Shown here in pieces: positions 52,000-61,495 of a stretch of DNA of 64,000 nt. A program made the position numbers and the translations under genes. Below the pieces are notes generated by a model. The model did no database searches, had not been told where the DNA came from, and worked only from the letters and a program-made list of their open reading frames with translations. The stretch's first letter is position 1, and every line of letters begins with the position of its first letter. This DNA is from Histomonas meleagridis 2922-C6/04-290x (Eukaryota; Protista; Parabasalia), in NCBI GenBank assembly GCA_020184695.1, contig JAANOX010000042.1:186001-250000 (forward strand), given 5' to 3'.

Positions 52000-53163
52000 A
52001 TGAGGAAAGCCTTTATCTGCCCCTCAAGGTACGTTCAAGGTGTTGACGAGCTTCTTAACTTAGGATATTTCATAGCATCCTATGGTAAATCCGCTCTTTT
52101 GATTGCCCATAAAGATGATTCAGCTCGTGTTGCCGACAAATTAAAAGCAACCCAAGAGAAGTTTGGCGTTACCATTGTTTCAAGTGCATTTGGTGGCGAG
52201 TGCTCACGTAAGGAAATCGAAAGACTACAAAAAGTTGGCAAAGAAAACAATTGTGATTGCATCATTGGTCTTGGCGGTGGCAAAGCCATTGACACAGCTA
52301 AGTGTGTATCAGCAGGTGAAAAGCCACTTATCATTGTACCCACAATTGCAGCCACAGATGCACCCACATCACATTCTGCTGTTGTTTACACTGAAGACGG
52401 TGCTTTTGATGATTATTTCTACTTCAAACAAAGCCCAAGTGTCATCTTGATTGATACTGCTGTCATTGCAGCAGCACCAGTTCGATTCTTAGTCTCTGGT
52501 ATGGGTGATGCTCTTTCTACCTATTTCGAAGCACGTGCCACACAACGCTCCTTCAGTGGTGTTAATGCAGGACTTCCATGTGGTGCCCGAGATTCCTCTC
52601 AACCAAATGGATTACAACCAGGACCATGTCCAAAGGCCAAAGGCACACTTGCAGCCATGGCCCTTGCCACCCTTTGCTACAAGACCCTTCTTTCTGATGG
52701 CGTCAAAGCTAAAACTGCATGCGAATGTAAGATGGTCACTCAAGCACTTGAGAACATCATTGAAACCAACATTCTCCTTTCCGGCTTAGGCTTTGAAAGT
52801 GGTGGTCTTGCAGCAGCTCACGCCATCCATGATGGATTAACTATCCTTCCAGGAACACACCATTATTATCATGGCGAAAAAGTTGCTTTTGGTACCATTT
52901 GTCAACTTGTTCTTGAGAATGCACCGAAAGAAGAACTCGAAGAAGTCATTAACTTCTGCCTCGAAATCGGTCTTCCAGTCTGTCTTAAGGACATTGGCGT
53001 CGAAAGCATCTCACAAAAGGAACTTATGGAAGTCGCCGAGAAATCTTGCATCCCTGAGGAGTCGATTCACTCAATGCCATTCCCAGTTACTGTACAACAA
53101 GTGGCTGCAGCAATCATCACCGCTGATAAAATAGGCCACAAAGCAAAGTATGGTGATAAGTAA
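52000..53163 (+). CDS. gldA: Glycerol dehydrogenase (GldA/DhaD-like, bacterial-type)
   Basis: MRKAFICPSRYVQG, FGGECS, GLGGGKAIDTAK, PTIAATDAPTS, GMGDALSTYFEARA, GFESGGLAAAHAIHDGLT and HGEKVAFG. Inr TCATT at 51988; true start ATG 52000. Confidence 0.95.
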   Translation: MRKAFICPSRYVQGVDELLNLGYFIASYGKSALLIAHKDDSARVADKLKATQEKFGVTIVSSAFGGECSRKEIERLQKVGKENNCDCIIGLGGGKAIDTAKCVSAGEKPLIIVPTIAATDAPTSHSAVVYTEDGAFDDYFYFKQSPSVILIDTAVIAAAPVRFLVSGMGDALSTYFEARATQRSFSGVNAGLPCGARDSSQPNGLQPGPCPKAKGTLAAMALATLCYKTLLSDGVKAKTACECKMVTQALENIIETNILLSGLGFESGGLAAAHAIHDGLTILPGTHHYYHGEKVAFGTICQLVLENAPKEELEEVINFCLEIGLPVCLKDIGVESISQKELMEVAEKSCIPEESIHSMPFPVTVQQVAAAIITADKIGHKAKYGDK

Positions 53164-53488
53164 AAAGTTAAGTGATGGAATTTTGTGAATTTTGAATGAT
53201 CGTTTCTTTCAAATTCCATGTAAACTATACAAAAAATTTGTTGTTTTTGTTGTATTCTGACTGCGTTTTCATTTTGTTTGAGATACATCACAGATATGCT
53301 TCACAAGAATTAACTGTTGATTCAGAATGTACTTCGTTTATCAAATGACTGAAGCAATGACACTTTTGGTAAATAAAGCAAACAAAATTCATATTTATAT
53401 AACACAAAAAAGAACTTTCGGTGATTGTACTTTTTTAATTTTTTTAACGATTTAAAAATATATTCTGATTATAATTTAAATATTTTAG

Positions 53489-53838
53489 CCAGAACTTGTA
53501 AAAGTATGTATGATTGGAAATATTAAAATGGTAAAACTGCTTCTTGAACAAGAAGGAATTGATATTAATGCTAAAGATAAAATTTATTTTAATAATTTTT
53601 TATTTCAAAATAATATTTGGAAATCATTTAAATTATTTTATACAGCACTTATTTGGGCATCTTCAAATGGTAATGCAGAAATAGTTGGATTACTTCTTGA
53701 ACAAAAAGGAATTGATGTTAATACTAAAGAAATTTATTTGTTTTATTTGAAATTTATTTTAATAATTTAATATTTCAAAATAATATTTGGAAATTATTTA
53801 AATTATTTTGGAAAGCACTTATGTTTGCTTCTTATTGA
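53489..53838 (+). pseudogene. Orphan ankyrin-repeat fragment carrying the same spacers as 13743-14486
   Basis: KLLLEQEGIDINAKDK-[60 nt, 53582-53641]-TALIWASSNG...INTKEI-[77 nt, 53735-53811]-KALMFASY*. No N-terminal domain. Confidence 0.75.
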
Positions 53839-53987
53839 ATAAACATTAATGAATTGATTCCTTCCTTTATCACAAAGACTCGAAATAAAAAAATAAATAA
53901 AATAATAAGTAGTTTTAGTTTTATGATATGAACATAAAATTATAATTTCCAAAATACATTTGATGGTTATAATTTATGATGTTTTTC

Positions 53988-54209
53988 TTATTCAGGCTTT
54001 TTTTGCATTTGGTTCTTTTTTTTAATTGACATTAAAATCATTTGCTCCATTTTTTCTTCGCTTATTTCAGGAATTGGACCTGGCTTAAATCCTTCCATTA
54101 TAAGGTAATCCTTGCAATTTATAAATTCTGTTTCTGACATTCCCATCATTCTTTCTTTGTCTATTCCTATTTTAGAAAATGCTGGTGCCCATTCTTCTCT
54201 TTTTTCCAT
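53988..54209 (-). CDS. Small hypothetical protein, weak SAM-domain resemblance
   Basis: 73-aa ATG ORF, divergent from NSUN2 across 59 nt. WAPAFSKIGID...MEGFKPGPIPEI. Confidence 0.35.
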   Translation of the reverse strand: MEKREEWAPAFSKIGIDKERMMGMSETEFINCKDYLIMEGFKPGPIPEISEEKMEQMILMSIKKKNQMQKKPE

Positions 54210-54268
54210 TTGAATTGTTAACGGTCTTCAATATTAACATGACATGTGATATGAAATGATCTGTTCCA

Positions 54269-56053
54269 ATGGGAAAAAAGTTTTCCAACAGACGTAATTC
54301 TAAACCAAAACAAGATTATTCATTAGGTGACATAAGCCAAACTTTTATTGACTATTACCATCAACTTTTAGTCCCTACTCAACTTACTGAAGAAAATTTT
54401 AATTTAATGATCGAAACTTTTAAAACACCACTTCCAACAGTCTTTCGTCTTTCTACCAAACCCGACAATCATAGCCAACTTGAAGCTGTCCTTAACAAAT
54501 ATATAGAAGACATGAATCAGCATAATTATAAAACTGTTGAATATACATCTCTTCCATCAAAATTTGGCCGTGTTTTCAAAATTGCTATTGACAAGTCACT
54601 ACTTCGCAAAACTCCTGAACTTTCTGAATTTAACAAATGGCTGCAAGATCAAACAAGCATTGGAAATTGCCATCGACAAGAATTCGTTTCAATGATTCCA
54701 CCACATTTTTTAGATGTAGGGCCTGACGACAGCGTTCTAGATATGTGCGCTGCGCCAGGAAGTAAAACAGGACAAATACTCGAAATGTTGAACAATGGTT
54801 TTATTATAGCTAATGACAATAATGCACGTCGCTGCCATGATTTGGTACATCAGTTACAACGCATTGATACTGCAAACGCACTTGTTACATGTCAAAATGC
54901 AGAAATCATTGATTTGGGTGATAATACCAAATTTGACAGAGTTTTATGTGATGTGCCATGTACAGGCGATGGAACATGTAGAAAGAATCCTGCCGCAGCA
55001 GCGAAATGGGAGCCAAAAGGTGGGATACAATTACATTCTTTACAAAGAAATATCTTATTAAGAGGTCTAGAATTACTTAAAGTTGGTGGGATTTGTGTTT
55101 ATTCAACTTGTTCTATGAATCCAATTGAAGATGAGGCTGTTGTTGGATCAGTTATTAGTCAATTAAAAGGTGCTGTTGAAATCGTCAATGTTTCTGATAA
55201 GTTCACAGAACTAAAAAGACATTGCGGTTTGAAAAATTGGCCTGTTTTTGATAATGAAATGAAAAAATTTGAAAGTTTTCAAGAGGTACCAACAGAACTG
55301 AAAGAAACATTATTAGAGACAATGTTCCCTATTGAAGGTAATGAAAGTGTAGAGAATTGTATGAGGTTTTACCCTCAAGATGATGATTCAGGAGCATTTT
55401 TTGTAGCGGTTATACGAAAAGTGACGGAATTTAACAGAATCACAGTGAAACCGATAGAACCGCCCAAACCGCTGAAAGAAGCGCCTTTCCGATGCATCGA
55501 TGAAATAAATACCGATGCATTTGAGAAAGTTAACGAGATATATGATTTCTCAGATGAACTAAAGACATCGCAATTGTTTGTCAGAGATGAAACTAAGGTA
55601 CATAGTATATATTATGTAAATATGGGAATTGCAAACTTAGTAAAGGAAATTGGTTATGAAAAGTTAAGGATCATTAATGGAGGAGTAAGGATAATCAATA
55701 TTAAAAACCTTGGAAAGAATCAAAAAGATGTTCCATGTCCATCTCAAGAAGGAATTCTTCTTACGTTCAAATTTGCCAATAAACGAAAGTTCCAAGTAAC
55801 GCCAAAGGTTCTCCTTGATATGCTCAAGAACGGAAATGATGGAGTGAATACTTCGGTTCTTCCAGCAGATTTCGCAGAACAATTTAATAAGGACAACATG
55901 CGCACAGGAGCAATGTTTTATATACCAGACACACATTTTATATACTCGGGAGTAACTGCTGGCCGTTCAATTGCAATTTATCTCAAGAAAGATCTTGCAG
56001 ATTTGGAAATTTTGAAGCTAAAAGATGTGTATCCTGAGTTGTGTTCTCAGTAA
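54269..56053 (+). CDS. NSUN2: tRNA (cytosine-5) methyltransferase NSUN2/Trm4 (NCL1)
   Basis: RQEFVSMIPP, LDMCAAPGSKT, FDRVLCDVPCTGDG and YSTCSMNPIEDEAVV. Both catalytic Cys are present. Confidence 0.95.
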   Translation: MGKKFSNRRNSKPKQDYSLGDISQTFIDYYHQLLVPTQLTEENFNLMIETFKTPLPTVFRLSTKPDNHSQLEAVLNKYIEDMNQHNYKTVEYTSLPSKFGRVFKIAIDKSLLRKTPELSEFNKWLQDQTSIGNCHRQEFVSMIPPHFLDVGPDDSVLDMCAAPGSKTGQILEMLNNGFIIANDNNARRCHDLVHQLQRIDTANALVTCQNAEIIDLGDNTKFDRVLCDVPCTGDGTCRKNPAAAAKWEPKGGIQLHSLQRNILLRGLELLKVGGICVYSTCSMNPIEDEAVVGSVISQLKGAVEIVNVSDKFTELKRHCGLKNWPVFDNEMKKFESFQEVPTELKETLLETMFPIEGNESVENCMRFYPQDDDSGAFFVAVIRKVTEFNRITVKPIEPPKPLKEAPFRCIDEINTDAFEKVNEIYDFSDELKTSQLFVRDETKVHSIYYVNMGIANLVKEIGYEKLRIINGGVRIINIKNLGKNQKDVPCPSQEGILLTFKFANKRKFQVTPKVLLDMLKNGNDGVNTSVLPADFAEQFNKDNMRTGAMFYIPDTHFIYSGVTAGRSIAIYLKKDLADLEILKLKDVYPELCSQ

Positions 56054-56420
56054 AAAATAATTTAAACTTAAATTCTAAGAATTCTTCGGGTAAAGTTAAT
56101 GTTAAATATGTTTTTTGAAAAATTTCATATTATATTTTAATAAAATTTTTTTTGATCTCATTTGATAATGCTGTTAGTGTTTGAAATATTATTTAAAATG
56201 AAATTGTAAAATATTATTAATTTGCATTTGTTTTGTTAAATATACATTTATATATTGATATAAACCAAAGAATTGACCTTCATTTTGAAAGTGTATCAGG
56301 AATATAATTGGATAATTTCATAGGAAATAGTCATACGAATAAGAAATCATAATTTGGATTTTGCCACTTTTAATAATTTCTGAAAAACCGATGTTCTGTC
56401 ACTTTTCAGGTTCTTCTGGG

Positions 56421-57173
56421 ATGGAGTCAGCTCAGCAAATGGTTAATATTTTAGCAAGATTATATTATAATCCGATTACGTACCCGATCTACAAGAGAAC
56501 TTTTAACTCTTTTGCAGTCTCTGTTTGGCCAATTTTATATGCTTTTTGGATATTTTTTATTATTCAAAAGTCAATTGAAGGTTCATACTTAGGACTTTTG
56601 CACAAGCTTGTAGTCGCATTTATAATGTCTATAGGTGGTGGCGGTCTCCTGTTTTTTGTACCACCTAAAGATTCCAAAGTCACATTAGAGTTCTTTGATT
56701 CCTTTATGCTTTATCTTATATTCTTTGGACTTCAGCTAGTGTGCGTGTTTATCATGTTAATTGTTACACACTTTTTCCCAACGAAGATTATGTCGAAAAT
56801 CAACAAATATTTACTCATCCCAGCATGCTTAATCGGATCTATGTGTAACTGCCGTTTGTATAAATACATTGTTTCCTCATCATATGGTTTGAACAACAAT
56901 TTATTACTTATGCTTGCATTACTTGGAATGCTTTGGATTCCAATTGTTGATTCATTCCTTCGAAAAATAACTCGTAAAAGAACACCTACATCCCTTACAT
57001 GTACAAAAACATTAATAAAACTTGCAATTGCAGCAGCAATTGCATTTTCTCTTACCCGAGAGTCAACTGTTTCGCAAATTATCGGAACTTTTCCGAATGC
57101 ATTTGTTGTGTACATAATGCTTTTTGCGGTATTCTTAATTTACTTGTTATCAAGCTTGCCATTAAAAAAGTGA
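56421..57173 (+). CDS. Hypothetical multi-pass membrane protein (weak TRIC-channel resemblance)
   Basis: About 6-7 hydrophobic segments and an MSIGGGGL motif. ATG 56421 follows the Inr GTCACTTT at about 56398. Confidence 0.65.
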   Translation: MESAQQMVNILARLYYNPITYPIYKRTFNSFAVSVWPILYAFWIFFIIQKSIEGSYLGLLHKLVVAFIMSIGGGGLLFFVPPKDSKVTLEFFDSFMLYLIFFGLQLVCVFIMLIVTHFFPTKIMSKINKYLLIPACLIGSMCNCRLYKYIVSSSYGLNNNLLLMLALLGMLWIPIVDSFLRKITRKRTPTSLTCTKTLIKLAIAAAIAFSLTRESTVSQIIGTFPNAFVVYIMLFAVFLIYLLSSLPLKK

Positions 57174-57488
57174 AATAAAATCCTTTCTTTTTTGTTTTTT
57201 TAAAATTAGCACCGATGTGATTTACTTTTAATTTGTCATAAATCTGTTTTTCTTATCTATATAAATGATTATGTTACTAAAAAAAAAAAAAAAAAAATTA
57301 CTTTGTTCCAAAATATTCATACTTTGTTTTCTTTTGGATAGAAACATATTATTCTTTTTGCTATCATATCTAATGAAACAGATATATAAAGTCGAAAAAC
57401 TTCTTATGGTTATTTAGAACGATGAAACATTTTCAATGTTAACATATTTGTAAACGTATTTTTCTATACGTTTAAATTTATCATTTTA

Positions 57489-59060
57489 ATGAAGAAATCG
57501 GTCATTGTACCTTTAACACTTACAAGAAGGCATGAAAGCACACATAAAACAATTGTATACAAGCGTGGAGAGAAGTTAGGAAGTGGTGGTTTTGCTGCTG
57601 TTTATAGAATCACAAATCAAAATGGAGAAGATTTTGCATTGAAAGCAATCTCTAAGGAAAGAGTTGCAAAACCAAAGTCACTTGAGAAGCTCAAAAGTGA
57701 AATACTTATTCAAAAATCTTTAAACCATGTTAACATTCTTCGATCATATGATTCCTTTGAAGATGCAAACAATTATTACATAGTCCTCGAACTTTGTCCT
57801 GGACATTCGGTGAAAGATCTTGTCAAGAAAAATGGTCATTTATCTGAAAAAGAAACAGCAAAAATTTTACGCGAAATCATGGCAGGTCTTTGTTATCTCC
57901 ATGACAACCGTATTATTCACCGCGATCTAAAACTTGAGAACTTCCTTATTGGTAAGGATGGTCATGTCAAGATAGCAGACTTTGGATTATCAGCAAAATT
58001 AGATTATGATGATGAGCGCAAGTATACTGTTTGTGGTACTCCAAATTATCTATCACCTGAGCTTCTCTCTTCACATGCATCTCTTATTGGTCATAGCTAT
58101 GAAGTAGACATATGGACTATTGGTGTATGTGCATTTGCTATGTTAACAGGACATCCGCCATTCGAAACCCCACGAACAAAGTTAACATACGAACATATTA
58201 AGAACTGTCAATATCATTTCCCATCAGATATTCCTCTCTCCTTATCAGCCAAAGATTTCATTCGATCTATTTTACAAATAGACCCTGAACGTCGTCCAAA
58301 TGCACTCGACGTTTCTATGCATCCTTTCTTAGCTGCACCTGTACGCGAAGATCCTGTACCTGTTCATCACCAACATCATAACAACGTTGTTGAGGTTCAT
58401 CAATACCATAATAACGTTGTTAATGAGGTTCATCATTTGCATCAAAACGAAAACGTTATCGAAAAACCGTTAAAATTGAATACCGATAACATCATAACGG
58501 TCCCCAGTAATTGTGTTGCTCGTTTCTGCGATCACAGTGATAAATATGGTCTTGGATATATGCTCGTAGATGGCACTGTTGGTGCATGCTTTAATGATCT
58601 TACAAGAATGGCCATGGATCCATTCGAAACTTTTGTTCAATATTGGGAAAGTTATCAAACAACAGTTCCAGAAGTTATGGATCCAAATAGTCCTACACAA
58701 CAAAAGAAGCTTTCTTTACTTCGAAGATTTGCTGTTTCACTTAAAAAGACAAAATCAATGTATGAGCTACCGAAAAAACCATTTGACCGATTCGTTCCAA
58801 TGCGACACGTGAAGTATTGGATGAGGAATGAAGAGGCAACATTGTTTAGAATGGATAACAGAAACATACAAGTTAACTTTAACGATAGAACCAAATTGAT
58901 CATATTCTGGTCAACGAAGAAAATGATAATGGTTCACTCGATTAAAGAGACAGCAAGATTGAAATCTCTTGCCGAAATAAGTAGTAAACCGCCTTACGAT
59001 GAGGAGAGAAAGAGGTTTCACTTTGCGAAACAAATGTTAACGGAAATGAGCGAGAGATAA
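57489..59060 (+). CDS. PLK: Polo-like kinase
   Basis: LGSGGFA, HRDLKLEN, DFG and CGTPNYLSPE. Two polo boxes (DHSDKYGLGYML; IQVNFNDRTKLII). Confidence 0.96.
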   Translation: MKKSVIVPLTLTRRHESTHKTIVYKRGEKLGSGGFAAVYRITNQNGEDFALKAISKERVAKPKSLEKLKSEILIQKSLNHVNILRSYDSFEDANNYYIVLELCPGHSVKDLVKKNGHLSEKETAKILREIMAGLCYLHDNRIIHRDLKLENFLIGKDGHVKIADFGLSAKLDYDDERKYTVCGTPNYLSPELLSSHASLIGHSYEVDIWTIGVCAFAMLTGHPPFETPRTKLTYEHIKNCQYHFPSDIPLSLSAKDFIRSILQIDPERRPNALDVSMHPFLAAPVREDPVPVHHQHHNNVVEVHQYHNNVVNEVHHLHQNENVIEKPLKLNTDNIITVPSNCVARFCDHSDKYGLGYMLVDGTVGACFNDLTRMAMDPFETFVQYWESYQTTVPEVMDPNSPTQQKKLSLLRRFAVSLKKTKSMYELPKKPFDRFVPMRHVKYWMRNEEATLFRMDNRNIQVNFNDRTKLIIFWSTKKMIMVHSIKETARLKSLAEISSKPPYDEERKRFHFAKQMLTEMSER

Positions 59061-59795
59061 GATTATAGTAATATAATATGTTTCTTGGAAATAATAAAGG
59101 ATAAGAAGTGAATGTTTTAATCCATTATAAATTATCTGAAGTTGAGAATTATGTTTCATTTTTTATTCACTATTTAAGAAAAGTGTAATATAATTTTCAA
59201 TGGTTCTTACAAATATCATTTGTCCAAATTCTATTTGCATCGCCGTCAATATCATTATACTAATAGTTATATCATATTAATTAATCATGTCCATAGTAAT
59301 ATAAAACAAAATTCGAGATAAAGTGTTAAAGAAGAAGAATTAGATAATGAATATTAATTTTGATGGTTATGATTAAATTGAAGAAGATTCTTTTGCAAAA
59401 GATTTCAAAGAAAATAACGTTAGGAAAATATAATTTGGAAAACAGCATTATCATGAATTAGTCGGATTTATTTTTCTACAATGGAAAAATTGGAACGATT
59501 TAAGTTCGTTACACATTTAATTTTTGTATGAATTAAATGAAAACAAAATGTTAAGAAAATTTAAAATTTCGATCAAGATTTACATGTTTTGATTCAGATA
59601 TATATGTTAACTATTTTTTAGTGATTATAAAATATTCTTTAAATAAAATATATTGTATAATAAAAACAAGCTTTCTAATTAAACGTCCAAAACATTAGTG
59701 TTTATTAAAGTTGAGGCACCTCAATGCATTTTTGTTTTCGATCGTTGAATAACCGTCAAAAAGCCCAGCGCCCGTTTATTCCGTAAATAATCCAA

Positions 59796-60401
59796 ATGTC
59801 TCATCCTCTAAATTCGTCATGGACACTTTATTTTCAACGCCAAGATGACGACATACCTGACATACCTGGTGGGTATGCTTCAAGTATTCATAAAATCGGA
59901 AAGTTCGATACGATTGAGGGATTTTGGTCATATTATTCACATCTTAAACGTCCAAGTGAAATAGATGGGAAATTAGAATTCCAAATTTTCCGTAATGATA
60001 TCCGTGGAATGTGGGAAGATGAAGAAAATCTTAATGGTGGACGATGGTTCTTTTTTGTTAATAACAAAAATGTCTCTCAACTTTGGGAACGAACTCTTTT
60101 GGCCCTTATCGGAGAGCAAATCCATGAGGATGTTGTAGGTGCTGTTATGGCCATTAAAGAAGGGACTGATATCTTTAGTTTTTGGACAAAATCAGGACAC
60201 ACAAATAGCAGTGAACAATTCATCATGGACATTGCAGAATCCATATCAAAGGCAATTAACTTGCCTCCAGGAACTCACATGAAATTTAAACAACATGTAG
60301 TTCATGGGCGAACACAAAATAGGCCACTGTTTTCATACACAGTAGGAGAACCAAAAACAAAACGAGTTAAAAAGGCTCCTCAAGCAAGAAAGTTTTATTA
60401 A
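59796..60401 (+). CDS. eIF4E: Eukaryotic translation initiation factor 4E family protein
   Basis: HPLNSSWTL, FDTIEGFWSYY, GMWEDEENLNGGRW, LWERTLLALIGE and SFWT. Confidence 0.95.
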   Translation: MSHPLNSSWTLYFQRQDDDIPDIPGGYASSIHKIGKFDTIEGFWSYYSHLKRPSEIDGKLEFQIFRNDIRGMWEDEENLNGGRWFFFVNNKNVSQLWERTLLALIGEQIHEDVVGAVMAIKEGTDIFSFWTKSGHTNSSEQFIMDIAESISKAINLPPGTHMKFKQHVVHGRTQNRPLFSYTVGEPKTKRVKKAPQARKFY

Positions 60402-61053
60402 TTTTAATGTATGCAAAATATTTTTTTTAATAAAGAAAATTATTCATTTAAAAAATATTTCTTTTGATAAAGACCAAATTCATACTAAAAATGAAAAAAA
60501 TGTTATTATAACTCGTGAAGTTTTCGAAATGAATTCGCTGAGCATCTATCGTTGTTGTCACTTTCCTTAAATAAATGTACGAAAGCAAAACCCATGAGTA
60601 TATATAAATCATACGCGTATTCTTGAAAAGCTTATGTTGACTAAAATGACATCAATAGGAATTTTAATATAAGACTGAATTTATATAAAATTTAATTAAT
60701 TTTGTGAAAGACTTAAAAAGAAATTATTAGGGTATTTACTTAATGTTGTATCAAGGGTAATTGTTCTGATTAAGTATTTAATATTGGTTATAAATATTAT
60801 AAATTTTTGATAAAATGAAAAAAAGTAATCTTTAGTTTTTTGTTATTTCGATCATATTGTGCTGAGAAATTTCTAAAAAAAGATAAATTTTATTTTGATA
60901 TAATTTGTACCTTGGTGGAAAAAATACAGAAAAGCCTTTCACTATAATGAAATAAACAAGAAGGAGTATTCCATGAATATTGATATGCATCTTCATTACT
61001 ATTTGTTTGATTATAATATCAAGACAATAATTTTAACTTTCAGTTACCGATAT

Positions 61054-61199
61054 TTGCCTCGGAGCTGAAGAGCTTAAAAAAGTAAGCTCAAAAAGTAGTT
61101 TTGGGAAAGCAATAAATTTCAATAATAAGCACAAAAATTTCTGAGCAGGACCGCTGGTGCCTCAATCCGCCCGGGTCAGAAAAGTGCTTCTTTACATTG
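61054..61199 (+). ncRNA. Candidate structured ncRNA with H/ACA-like hairpin-hinge-hairpin-ACA layout
   Basis: Hairpin 1 at 61054-61112 (about 20 bp), ANANNA (ATAATA) at 61122-61127, hairpin 2 at 61127-61189 and ACA at 61194-61196. Locally GC-rich, with no convincing ORF. Confidence 0.3.
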
Positions 61200-61495
61200 A
61201 AGATTTTATAGGAAAACATAAATATCCTCATATCAAAATGTTCTATTCCAAAAACAATTGATTGTTATTTTATTCTATCACATTCATTAAATTTTTACCT
61301 ATTATAAATCATTTTTTAGCAATCAGTGAACAATATTTTTTAAGGACGAGGGCCCTCACAAGAGCTTCATTCAAAACTTTTTACAACGTACACAACCAAC
61401 AGAAATTTACTTGTCTTTTTCAATAATGCATTATTGAAAACAATACGACGGTTTTCTGGTTACTGACAATTTTGGGAAAATTACCAGAAATCAGA

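Noticed and set aside
401-58903. Numerous short overlapping or antisense ORFs in the track (e.g. 2811-3533, 8199-8417, 18160-18414, 38076-38592, 52080-53134)
   Set aside because: They are shadows of well-supported genes or of repeats, with no independent motifs.
59711-61165. TTGAGGCACC shared in inverted orientation (59711-59720 and 61156-61165) around eIF4E, plus the GAGGGCCCTC palindrome at 61348-61357
   Set aside because: The matches are only 10 bp with no flanking similarity, too short to separate from chance without a genome-wide count.
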